Part shown: in pieces, positions 48,428 to 64,000 of the stretch
How the letters are laid out: each line of letters begins with the position of its first letter
How positions within the stretch are numbered: position 1 is the first letter of the stretch
DNA from: the human T2T-CHM13v2.0 reference genome, Homo sapiens
Reading direction: 5' to 3' (one strand)
NCBI RefSeq assembly: GCF_009914755.1
Contig: NC_060925.1
Length of the DNA: 64,000 nucleotides
Translations under genes and position numbers: made by a program
The notes under the pieces: model-generated
Databases searched by the model: none
What the model saw: the letters and a program-made list of their open reading frames with translations, nothing else
What the model was told of the DNA's origin: nothing

Positions 48428-49812
48428 TCATCAGTTACATAAAGGATACAAAGAAATCTAAAATAGAAGGAAAAAATCAGAATAGGAATAAAATTTTTAA
48501 AAAGATGGCTTATTTAAATTTGCAATTATTTTCTAGTATTGTACTGGCCAATGGTATTAGAAGTATAAGCTACTGGAAGTACCAATGCCTTCTCTCTCTC
48601 TCTCTTTTTTTTTTTTTTTACATTCTTTCCAGATATCTAATATAACAAACTGAAACTTATAATTAGTTATTAAATTTTCACATATTAACTTTAGGATAGG
48701 AAACCACTACTTAATATATTTTAACATTTTACTCCTGGCTATTAACATTTACAACATGGGTTACAAATAGGTATCATACCTCTAAAGGAAGTAACAGAAA
48801 CAATTAGTAATCTCTCTCTGTTCTTTTTCATAGAGATTTCAAAATAAATCTAAGGTTATGCATAGGATGTGGGTTTTTCTCCGGGAGTAGTATTACAGAA
48901 GGTTTGTGGTATTAGAAGGGTCATGACACAATGCAAGTTGCTTAGTCTCAAACACAAGCGTAAAGCTTTCATTTTAAGAATATTTTATATTATACCCACA
49001 GATGAAAAATCTAACAAAAAGAGACACGGTGGTACATAAAGATATATTCAAGTGCTCTCTCTTTCGTAAAAAATCAAACCTTTTTAGAGACAATTTAAAA
49101 AGCAATCTCTTGATTGTTTAAAAGGTTAAATAATGCTTTTTTTTTTCCAGGCTTTATTATGAAACTATGTTCAACGGTCACAGAGGCAACCACATTAACT
49201 TGCAGCATGGATACAAATTTTAAGTTCTACATTGATATTTTCAACGCACATATGAAGCAAAATGTCTTAAGCAAATTATTACTGCATATGAAATTACTAT
49301 AGTAGAAGAAAACCCAATAATTTGAGTAAATCTGTAACACTTGGTAAGTAATCACTCTGATTAATCAACATCACCTTACTGAAATATCAACAGCAACCAC
49401 TAGGCTTTAGTAGGTTATTACTGATTTGTACTTTGCCAAAAGAAAAATTAATCAGAATGGTAAATGTGGTAAGCGGTAGCCTCTCCATGACTTCAAGGTG
49501 ACTCATTTGAAACTTCTAAAAACAAATCATACTCATATCATGTACTACTGATAAGTTTTTGAAACAGTTTCCTGTAATTTAAAGTCATGGACAAAGGTTT
49601 GAATATTCTTCTTAGTAATTAGAAAAAGTAAAAGTACACATAAATGTCTTTTAAAAACCAATAATGAAATCTGAAAAATATATAAGGGATAAAAGAAATC
49701 AAATATTTGGCTAGTATTTTTCAGTATTAAGACTGATTTAATTCCATTTCAGAAGAGAAATATACATATACACAGGACTAGCTAAAGGCACAGTTTAAAA
49801 ATACCAGCCCAA

Positions 49813-50370
49813 GGCCGGGTGTGGTGGCTCACACCCATAATCTCAGCACTTTGGGAGGCCGAGGTGAGCAGATCACCTGAGGTCAGGTGTTCGAGACCAG
49901 TTTGGCCAACGTGGTGAAACCCCATCTCTATTGAAAATTTAAAAATTAGCCAGGTGTGGTAGCAGTCACCTGTAATCCCAGCTACTCAGGAGGCTGAGGC
50001 AGGAGAATTGCTTGAACCAGAAGGCTGAGGTTGCAGTGAGCCGAGATTGCACCATTGCACTCTAGCCTAAGAGACAGAGTGAGACTCCATCTAAAAAAAA
50101 AAAAAAAAATCAGCCCAGTGCTTTGCAGGGCTGAGTCAGGATTATTTGAGGCCAGAAGCTCAAGATCAGCCTGAGCAACATAGCAAGACCCCATCTGTAC
50201 AAAAAATTTAAAAATTAGCAGGGCATGGTGGGGTGTGCCTGTATTGCTAGCTACTAGGGAGGCTTAGGTAGAACTGCTTGATCCCAGGAGTTCAAAGCTG
50301 TAGTACGCTGTGATTGCACCACTGAACTCTGTCCTGGGCAACAGAGCAAGACACTCTCCCTCTCTTAAAA
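49813..50370 (+). mobile_element. AluS (49813-50109) inserted at the 5' end of a degraded AluJ (50110-50370)
   Basis: Two tandem Alus; aaaaat(ac)cagccca is repeated around the first. Confidence 0.88.
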
Positions 50371-51478
50371 CAAGTCAGCATTCACACAAGGTCTAAAAGG
50401 TAGAAAATATTCCTCATAAATCATAATTTAATTGGAAACAAATCAATTTTGTGACCAATACTTAAAATTTGATATAATTCCAATGGCTCCTAAAAACTAT
50501 GGACTCACAAACTAGTTTTAAAAAAAATTAGATACTTTTTAGAAAAGTTTTAAATTTACAGAAAAATTGAGAAGATAGAGAGTTCCCACATACCCTCCCA
50601 CAGTTTCCCCTATTATTAATATATTAGTGTGGTACCTTTGTTACAATTAATGAACCAATATTGATACATTACTACTAAAGTCCTTAGTTTATTCAGATTT
50701 CCTTTGCCTTTGTTTTTTAACCTGTTTTTTTTTTTTCCTGTTTCTAGAATTCTATCCAAGACACATTACATTTAGTTGTAATGTCTCCTTAGGTTCCTTT
50801 TGGCTGTGACAGCTTCTTAGACTTTGCTTGTTTTTGATGATCTTGTCAGCCTTGAGTCATTACTATTCAGGTATTTTGTAAGATCTCCACAAGGGGAATC
50901 TGTCTGATAGTTTTCTCATGGTAAGACTAGGGTTATGGGTTATCAAGAGGAATACCAGAGAGGTAAAGTGCCATTTTCATCATGTCACATGATATCAAGG
51001 GTATGTACTATCAGTGTAATTTATGACTGTTGATGGTAATCTTAATCACCTGGCTTAGGTAATCTTTGTCAGGTTTCTCCACTGTAAAGTTACTCTTTTT
51101 GTCTCCCATACTTTTCCTTTGGAGGGAAGTTGCTAAGTGCAGCCCACGCTTATGGAGTGGAGATTTATACTTCCCCTCCTTGAGGGTGGAGTATCTACAA
51201 AAATTATTTAGAATTCTTCTGCATATTTGTCTCTTAACTCACATTTATTAATTTAATCATCATTTAAATCAATATAGGCTCATGGATATTTATTTTATAC
51301 TTTGGGTTATAATCTACTTTGGGTTATTATACTTTGGCTTGTGTATTTCAAGTATGTAATACTTCAAAATTTTTTTTTTCTCAAATTGTTCTACCTTTGG
51401 TCATTGGGAACTCTTTCAGTTGGCTCCTCTGTCCCTTCAACACACTCCAATTAATGTAGGTTTTTTTTTTTTTTTTGG

Positions 51479-51479
<1 letters not shown>

Positions 51480-51515
<36 letters not shown>
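51480..51515. repeat. (TG)n microsatellite
   Basis: About 18 perfect TG units. Confidence 0.95.
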
Positions 51516-51516
<1 letters not shown>

Positions 51517-51607
51517 ATTTTGAGTACTTCCTTACTTATTGGCATTATAAGGTGCTCCAGGCTTATCTTCTATATTTCCTGTCCCCGTCCTAGAATCAGC
51601 CATTTCT

Positions 51608-51713
51608 TTTTTTTTTTAATTTTATTATTATTATACTTTAAGTTTTAGGGTACATGTGCACAATGTGCAGGTTAGCTACATATGTATACATGTGCCATGC
51701 TGGTGTGCTGCAC
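51608..51713 (-). mobile_element. 106-bp young L1 3' terminus (L1PA2/3-like) with a perfect 16-bp TSD
   Basis: agaatcagccatttct at 51592-51607 and 51714-51729; the insert is tttt...ttatactttaagttttagggtacatgtgcac...gtgctgcac. Confidence 0.93.
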
Positions 51714-53079
51714 AGAATCAGCCATTTCTGTGAGAAGCCCTGGTCCCCTTCACTGGAGAATGGTATTAAAAACCAAAATCTGGGCACTAAGTGTACATAA
51801 ACTAATTTTTAATAACACCAAGTGAGCATATATATTATGGTACTTAAGAGTCCAAACTCCCCTAATTCTTAACTGAGATCTTACTATGAGCTCATCTTGG
51901 GGGATCCAAATGATGTTCTTCAATTCTAGATATAGCAATATCCTAAAAACCTCTAGATACTTCATCCCTTTAAATTTAACTGTGTACTGAAGTTGGACAC
52001 CAAAGAATCTCTGAACACTTCAGAAAAAAGTTTTTAAACAGAATCTCGCAATCCCTAATGACTAGATAGCAAGCTAGGTAAAGCAGTCTATGTACGTATT
52101 TTCCTGACAATTAATATTAAGACAAGATACAATTACAGAAGATATTTTTTCAAATTAAAAATGCTTAAAATTGAGAAATGCCTTAAAGAAAAATGAAAAA
52201 TATTTTAATATTTAGGTAAATTGCTCAAAACGAAAGCCATAAACGATTGTGCTTCAGGGGCAAAAAAAAAAAAAAAACTATTAACAAGTTAGCTCAGGAA
52301 ACTGGAAAGTACAAACTAATCACAAAGCTTTATGATAAATTCCATCATTTAGTAATGTCATGGTAATTTCACATAATTAAAAAATATAATATTTTTAAGT
52401 TAATGGTAAAGGTTTTATCACTTCCTCTCCATCTCTGTCAAAACTACATACTGATCTGAGCACAGTGATTTAAACCTAGCACCCTCATTCTATGTCAGAA
52501 CAGAATTTTGAGTGGGCGTTTTTAAGCCAAGAGTGGTTGGGGTATTGCCCATCTGAGGCATCCCTAGAGGTTATCTGTTGGGCAAACTAATCAAAATGGG
52601 TAAATGTTACTGGGTACCAGGAAAAAAACCAAAAGTTGGATTTGAGTAGACCTACACTCTTTTAAATGAAAAACTTTCCATTACTTGTAACAAAGTGGCG
52701 TTAATTTTATAGATGTGCTTAGCCCACAGAAGCTTTTAACATAGTTACAAAAATCAATATGCTTATCTTTATAATAACCAAAATACAAACTCAATCCCAG
52801 GTTAAATACTAGAAGGCTTGGGTTTAATTCTCACCTATTTTCCTTAACTAACTGAGGAAAAAATTGACTTTTCTATGTTTTGTTCTACTCCATGGAATTT
52901 AGAGATAGCTCCATTTAGTATTAATGTAAAAATAAAGTCTTCAAATAATAAATAGCATTTAGATGGTGGAAAACTCCAGTAATAAGAGGAAACTTAATTT
53001 TTTAACCTCATTTCCCTCCAAACTAAATACCATGAATTCTTACAAGTATTTTTTGAATCAGTTCAATTAAATCTTTTTA

Positions 53080-53610
53080 ACAGCTTAAATGTCATCTAAC
53101 TGATCACTCCCATGCTCAAAACCCTCCAATGATTTTCCATCTGAGTCGGGAAAGGTCAAAGTTTTAGGTCCTACATAATTGGCTCTATTTACCTCTCAGA
53201 CTTCCTCTAATTCCCATGTCTCACTCCACCCAGACTCTACTTCAGACTTGCTCCTTATGTCAGGCCCTTTGCCTGTACTATTCTCCTAGTAAGTAGTTCT
53301 TCCCCCAAATCTTCATGCCTCATCTGATTCAAATGTTTGTTTAAATAAATATCCCCTTCTAATGAACCTTTATAAACCACATTGTGAAAATAGCAACAGT
53401 CCTCCACCCCTAATACCAATATCTTCTCATTCTCACATTTTTCTCCGTTGTCTTCCACTGTCTAAATTTCACACCATAAGATTTATTTTTTTCATCTAAC
53501 TTCTCATTCTACCATAAAGCTCAATGAGGAAAGGGATTTTTGTATTTTGTTCACTAATCCAGGTAGTGTTTAGAATAGTGACAGGCACATAGTAAGTACC
53601 CCATAAATAT
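53080..53610 (+). mobile_element. L2 relic
   Basis: ctcaaaaccctccaatg...aagctcaatgaggaaaggga...ggcacatagtaagtacc. Confidence 0.7.
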
Positions 53611-54270
53611 CTACAAAATTGAAACCAATACTTCATTTAAATTAGAAACTTAATCTGTTCTTCACATGTGGGTTTTAAAATTAGAATAACATTTAAAGTC
53701 TAATTGATATTTCAAAAAATAAACTATTACATACAAATTATTTCAGTAAATAAACATATTTTGACTGTGGCTAGTATGCCGATATTGGAAATATAAAGTC
53801 AAATAATGGTCCTTACCTTCAATGAACTTCAGCTGCACATGGTGGACAGAAAAATTGAAAAGAATTAACTACAGTAGTGTGAGATGGTATAAGAAAGATC
53901 TCTAACAAAGGGTATTAGAAGAGCAGAGATACACGAAATCAGGTAAGATGGCATTAACAGGGAATGCTGATCACAACTGGTCAAGCTTAAGCTGACTTTT
54001 GGGGGTGGAGCCAATATGGCCGAATAGGAACACCTCCAGTCTACAGCTCCCAGCGTGAGTGATGCAGAAGATGAAAGATTCCTGCATTTCCAACTGAGGT
54101 ACTGCGTTCATCTCACTGGGGATTGTCAGACAAGGGGTGCAGGACACTGGGTGCAGCACACCGAGCGTGAGCCGAAGTAGGACGAGGCATCACCTCACCA
54201 GGGAAGCACAAGGGGTCAGGGAATTCCCTTTCCTAGCCAAGGAAAGGGGTGACAGATGGCACGTGGAAAA

Positions 54271-54453
54271 TCAAGTCACTCCCACCCCAATACTGCACTT
54301 TTCCAATGGTCTTAGCAAACAGCACACCAGGAGATTGTATCCCGTGCCTGGCTTGGAGGGTCCTATGCCCACAGAGTCTCGCTCATTGCTAGCACAGCAG
54401 TCTGAGATCAAACTGCAAGGCGGCAGCGAGGCTGGGGGAGGGGCGCCTGCCAC
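54271..54453 (-). pseudogene. Degenerate L1 ORF0 in the antisense 5'UTR
   Basis: (V)AGAPPPASLPPCSLISDCCASNERDSVGIGPSKPG...VGVT* matches recalled ORF0 MAGAPPPASLPPCSLISDCC. The initiator is ATG>GTG at 54453-54451, with an early TGA at 54273-54271. Confidence 0.75.
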
Positions 54454-55028
54454 TGCCGAGGCTTGAGTAGGTAAACAACACAGCCGAGAAGCTCCAACTG
54501 GGTGGAGCCCACTGCAACTCAAGGAGGCCTGCCTGCCTCTGTAGACTCCACCTCTGGGGGCAGGGCATAGCCAAACAAAAGGCAGCAGAAACCTCCGCAG
54601 ACTTAAATGTCCCTGTCTGACAGCTTTGAAGAGAGTAGCGGTTCTCCCAGCACGCAGCTTGAGATCTGAGAACCGACAGACTGCCTCCTCAAGTGGGGCC
54701 CTGACCCCTGAGTAGCCTAACTGAGAGGCACCCCCCAGTATGGGCAGACTGACACCTCACACGGCCGGGTACCCCTCTGAGACAAAGCTTCCAGAGGAAC
54801 GATCAGGCAGCAACATTTGCTGTTCACCAATATCCGCTGTTCTGCAGCCTCCGCTGCTGATATACAGGCAAACAGGGTCTGGAGTGGACCTCCAGCAAAC
54901 TCCAACAGACCTGCAGCTAACGGTCCTGACTGTTAGAAGGAAAACTAACAAACAGAAAGGACATCCACACCAAAACCCCATCTGTACGTCACCATCATCG
55001 AAGACCAAACGTAGATAAAACCACAAAG

Positions 55029-56043
55029 ATGCGGAAAAAACAGAGCAGAAAAACTGAAAATTCTAAAAAGCAGAGCGCCTCTCCTCCTCTAAAGGAACGC
55101 AGCTCCTCACCAGCAATGGAACAAAGCTGGACGGAGAATGACTTTGACGAATTGAGAGAAGAAGGCTTCAGACGATCAAACTACTCCGAGCTAAAGGAGG
55201 AAGTTCGAACCCATGGCAAAGAAGTTAAAGACCTTGAAAAAAGATTGGACAAATGGTTAACTAGAATAACCAATGCAGAGAAGTGCTTAAAGGAGCTGAT
55301 GGAGCTGAAAACCACGGCACGAGAACTACGTGATGAACGCACAAGCCTCAGTAGCCGATTCGGTCAAGTGGAAGAAAGGGTATCAGCGATGGAATATCAA
55401 ATGAATGAAATGAAGCGAGAAGAGAAGTTTAGAGAAAAAATAATAAAAAGAAATGAACAGTCTCCAAGAAATATGGGACTATGTGAAAAGACCAAATCTA
55501 CGTCTAATTGGTGTACCTGAAAGTGACGGGGAGAATGGAACCAAGGTGGAAAACACTCTGCAGGATACTATCCAGGAGAACTTTCCCAATCTAGCAAGGC
55601 AGGCCAACATTCAAATTCAGGAAATACAGAGAATGCCACAAAGATACTCCTCGAGAAGAGCAACTCCAAGACACGTAATTGTCAGATTCATCAAAGTTGA
55701 AATGAAGGAAAAAATGTTAAGGGCAGCCAGAGAGAAAGGTCGGGTTACCCACAAAGGGAAGCCCATTAGACTAACAGCTGATCTCTCAGCAGAAACTCTA
55801 CAAGTCAGAAGAGAGTGGGGGCCAATATTCAACATTCTTAAAGAAAAGAATTTTCAACCCAGAATTTCATATCCAGCCAAACTAAGCTGCATAAGTAAAG
55901 GAGAAATAAAATCCTTTACAGACAAGCAAATGCTGAGAGACTTTGTCACCACCAGGCCTGCCCTAAAAGAGCTCCTGAAGGAAGCACTAAACATGGAAAG
56001 GAACAACTGATACCAGCCACTGCAAAAACATGCCAAATTGTAA
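55029..56043 (+). pseudogene. Disrupted L1 ORF1
   Basis: MRKKQSRK... with a frameshift near 55460, then SLQEIWDYVKRPNLR..., a premature TGA at 56008-56010, and the normal stop at 56041-56043. Confidence 0.93.
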
Positions 56044-56106
56044 AGACCATCAAGGCTAGGAAGAAACTGCATCAACTAACGAGCAAAATAACCAGCTAAC
56101 ATCATA

Positions 56107-60231
<4,125 letters not shown>

Positions 60232-60950
60232 ACAATGAGAACACATGGACACAGGAAGGGGAACATCACACACCGAGGCCTGTTGTGGGGTGGGGGGAGG
60301 TTAGAGGGATAGCATTAGGAGATATACCTAATGTTAAATGACGAGTTAATGGGTGCAGCACACCAGCATGGCACATGTATACATATGCAACAAACCTGCA
60401 CGTTTTGCACACGTACCCTAAAACTTAAAGTATAATAATAAAAAGAAAAGCTGACTTTTGAAATAAAAAGCAAGATCAAAGGAGGAGGGAGAAAAACATG
60501 GAGGAAAATGAGATGACAGATTTGAAGGATTCTTAACTGGTATACTGGGCCTCAAGTACCGGGTATATATATGTCGGGGTAACTGGGAAATAAAGCTAGA
60601 AAAGTAGGCAACAATTCGAGCAGGAAGGATCTTACAAGGAGGGCCAGAGTTTGAATTTTGTCCCCAACGCTAGGGGAAACAACTGAAAAATTTTAAGTAA
60701 TGAACAGGGAACTAATAGTAACTTTAGTTGTATAATAAGCAAATTCACAGGAAGCTGTCAATATGCTATTAAGAAAACTTATATAACTACCATGACAGTA
60801 TGTTGAAATACTGAAGAAAAGAAATTCCTTTTATTCCTGGAAAAAATTCAAAAGTGGGTTTTCATACAAACAACAAAATCTCATTTTAAAATTTTCTCTA
60901 TGCCTCAGTTTTCTCAACTATAAAATGAAGATATTAACAATATTTTGCTG

Positions 60951-61262
60951 GGCTTGGTGGCTCATGTCTGTAATCCCAGCACTGTGGGAGGTCAAGGTGA
61001 GTGCACTGCTTGAGCCCAGGAGATCAATACCAGTCTGGGGAACATGGCGAAACCCCACCTCTACAGAAAAAAAATACAAAAATTAGCCGGGCATGGTGGC
61101 ATGTGCCTGTAGTCCCAGCTACTTGGAGGCTCAGGTGGGAGGATCTCTTGAGCCTGGGAGGTTGAGGTTACAATGAGCCGTGACTGCGCCACCGCATTAC
61201 AGCTTGGATGACGAAGTGAGACCCTGTCTTGAAAACAATAACAAAAATAGCAACAAAAAAAA
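60951..61262 (+). mobile_element. AluJ inside a MIR
   Basis: Diverged dimer; MIR core gcctcagttttctc before it and tgtgaggattaaat after it. Confidence 0.88.
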
Positions 61263-61550
61263 CCCCAAAACCAATATCTCCTATGATTTTTGTGAGGATT
61301 AAATATGTGAATATCCTCAAATGGCTTAGAACACTGCCTGGTATGTACCAAGTGTTCAGTAATGCCAGCTATTATTACTCTTATTATTAGTATCCTGGAA
61401 TAATTAAAGTTGTTAAGTAATAAGCTCTATATTTCCAAATACAGCAAATACACAAAAAATGAAGTGTAACTAAACAGGGTTTCATGGTGGACAGAAAGAA
61501 GCTTACTTAAGTATATATTACAGAAAAAACAAAAAGCCAAGATAATTCTT

Positions 61551-61630
61551 GAACTCTTGACCTCAAGTGATCAGCCTGCCTCAGCCTCCCAAAGTGCTGG
61601 GATTACAGGTGTGAGCCACCACACCTGGCC
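61551..61630 (-). mobile_element. Tailless 80-bp Alu 5' fragment with a perfect 14-bp TSD
   Basis: ccaagataattctt at 61537-61550 and 61631-61644; no poly(A). Confidence 0.9.
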
Positions 61631-62647
61631 CCAAGATAATTCTTAATTTCAGGCTTTATATAATTTTTGGAAAGGGATATATATTCAGTATCTGAGGTTG
61701 TTAAAGACTATCTTTAAGGAAACTCAAAGAGTTTCAGAACTTTCTAGTTTGGTTGTAATTTTGGGGACTCTACAATATTGAATGTGACTTTTTACATAAG
61801 GTCTACGAGCTGTTTTTCCGGATATTATGTAGGCAAGAAAGAACACTTTACATGAGTTTTCTCATTTGATCCCAACAACTATAAGGCAGATAGCTTTAGA
61901 ATCCTCAGTTTTGAATGAGTGAACGAACAAATACATTAAAAAACTTGTCAAAGATAAGAGGCTAATAAGAGGTTGGACTCAAAAATCCATTCTTTTAACC
62001 AATACAGAATCTCTAGCAATTAGAAGAAAACAAAAAGACAAAAAGTTGGGACCACAGAGACATTCAGGATTTTAAAATCCTCTTGTTCTTCATAACTAAA
62101 TTTCTTGAAGCTCTTTATTCTGATTAAGATATGTCATATTTATTTTTGCAGGCTACTAAAAGAAGTTCCTTTAGACTGAGACATTCAAACAGAAAACTGG
62201 GTTCTAAAGCATATGTGAGGATAGCAAAAAAATTCTGATAATAGTTGGCATCTTCTTGCATGTTATTACAGTCATTAATACCAACAATAAATATACATTA
62301 ATTTTCAGAGGTTTAAATTCCATTAAAAAACATTTCAGAGAAGGGACCTAAGCTCAGTCACTCCTACTCTGTAATGGTAAATTCATTTGGACAGAGGCTG
62401 AATTCATTTTCTCCTTCCTAACTGGTAGTGACCTAATAATAAAAGAACATATACAAGTTGATAAATGTGTGAATATAGTGACAACTGCATACATTAAAAA
62501 TCATTTATTGTAGAAACAACATCAGAAGATGAATGAATTATTGTCAAAATTCAAATATCTACTGGTCAAATTTGGTCAAATACAAATATCTACTGAATGA
62601 CGGTTATGTACCAGACATTATACAGTAAGCACCCAATATAGCAACGA

Positions 62648-62994
62648 GGCTGTGTGCAGTGGCTCACACCTGTAGTCCCAGCACTTTGGGAGGCCCAGGT
62701 GGGCAGATCGCTTGAGCTCAGGAGTTCTAGATCAGCCTGGGCAACATAGCCAAATTCCATCTCTACACAAAATATAAAAATTAGCCAGGTGTGGTGGTGT
62801 GCTCCTGTAGTCTCAGGTACTTGGGAGGCTGAGGTGGGGGGATTGCTTGAGCCCAGTAGGTCAAGGCTGCAGTGAGCTATGATCACACCACTGCACTCTG
62901 GTCTGAGCAACAAAGTGAGACCTTTTTTTTGAAACAGAGGCTCGTTCTGTCACCCAGGCTGGGGTGTAGTGGCGTGATCTTGAGACCTTGTCTC
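62648..62994 (+). mobile_element. AluJ containing an inverted 56-bp Alu 3' end (62925-62980)
   Basis: tgagacctt is duplicated at 62916-62924 and 62981-62989 around a T-tailed reverse Alu terminus. Confidence 0.88.
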
Positions 62995-63115
62995 CCCCAC
63001 CACTGCCCAAAAGAGAATATAGTAATGAATAAGACAGATAAAAATTCCACTCTTGCACTCCCATGGAGCTTATGCTCTAGTGGGGAATGTGGAAAATTAA
63101 AAATAAAAATATGTT

Positions 63116-63272
63116 GAGGGGGAAGCGTAGGAGGAGGGAGTGGAGCAGAAAAAATAACTATTGGGTACTGAACTTAATACCTGGGTGATGTAATAATATG
63201 TACAACAAACCCCCATGACATGTGTTTATCTACAAACCTTCACATGTACCCCCACATCTAAAATTTAAAAAG
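63116..63272 (+). mobile_element. Short older L1PA 3'UTR fragment
   Basis: aaaaataactattgggtact...acctgggtgatg...acaaacccccatgaca. Confidence 0.8.
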
Positions 63273-64000
63273 AAATGTATAATTTATGAAAAAAGTAATA
63301 ATTGTTATGAAGAAAAAATAAACCAACATAAGAGTCTAGTAACTAGAATAGGAATGTTATTTAAGGTAAAAATTTGGCCAAAGAGAAAGTCATGGAGGTA
63401 TTAATAAAGTGAGATGAGTACATAATAATTAAAATTCATGGTAACTCAGAATTGTCAAAAAATATTTAAATGCTATACATGGCATAGTATTGTTTTATAT
63501 GTGATAGAACCTTAGAGTTCAACTCCTTAATTTTACAGGTTGTATAATCTGTTCCCAACTGAGCATTATAGCACAACAGTGTAATAATTTTATAGCAAAA
63601 AACCCACCAATAAATAATTGTCATTCATTTAGAGAAGAAAACTAGGTAATAGTAACTTTTAAAAACAGTTCTAGGAAAATGTCTAAAATTTGAAAGCTGC
63701 TACACTTAAAAATGGTTAAGTTCACTGTAAGACGCGAATACAAAGACAGGGTGGTGGAGGAGGCATTATTATAAACAATATAACTAGATTACAGATGTAG
63801 TTATGTCAGAATAACAACATGGCAGTAGATGATAATTCTTAAATTAGACCTAAAAGTTCTAAGTAGACTGATTAATCTTTGAAAATAAATTTAATAAATT
63901 TCAGTCTACCTATATCTATATACTACATAGCATGTATATAAATATACTATATATCTATATGTAAGTATCTATATATTACAATGTTATAGTATTTATAAAA

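Larger units (their letters stand above)
50525..51800 (-). mobile_element. Old L1 (L1MC-like) 3'UTR
   Basis: tttacagaaaaattgagaagatag...ttcccctattattaa...agagGTAAAGTGCCATTTTCATCA...agaatggtatta. Confidence 0.75.

Overview
Primate (human-like) genomic DNA, AT-rich and dominated by repeats. The whole window appears to lie inside the minus-strand gene EVI5. One canonical coding exon is visible (28517-28612, 96 nt, phase 0/0, KEEGKLQGQLNKSDSNQYIGELKDQIAELNHE), flanked by two very long introns. The introns contain an old, intronless SDHAF3/ACN9 processed pseudogene (about 45356-45712, same strand as EVI5). They also contain a full-length but dead L1PA4-like element antisense to EVI5 (54002-60447, 13-bp TSD), other L1PA/L1M fragments, about 35 Alu elements, a near-full-length Tigger1, several Tigger/hAT MITEs, and L2/MIR/MLT relics. 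There are no RNA genes, CRISPR arrays or intact transposon ORFs. I found no demonstrably new biological system. The best leads are: an ETS/E-box/GATA/RUNX/GFI1 motif cluster (candidate haematopoietic enhancer); an L1 antisense-promoter-to-EVI5 chimeric-transcript layout; the SDHAF3 retrocopy; a hairpin-masked recursive/poison exon; a rare double substitution shared by two L1s 45 kb apart; and several atypical retrotransposition products. Gene identities and repeat subfamilies are from recalled sequence, not database searches, and old-repeat boundaries are approximate.
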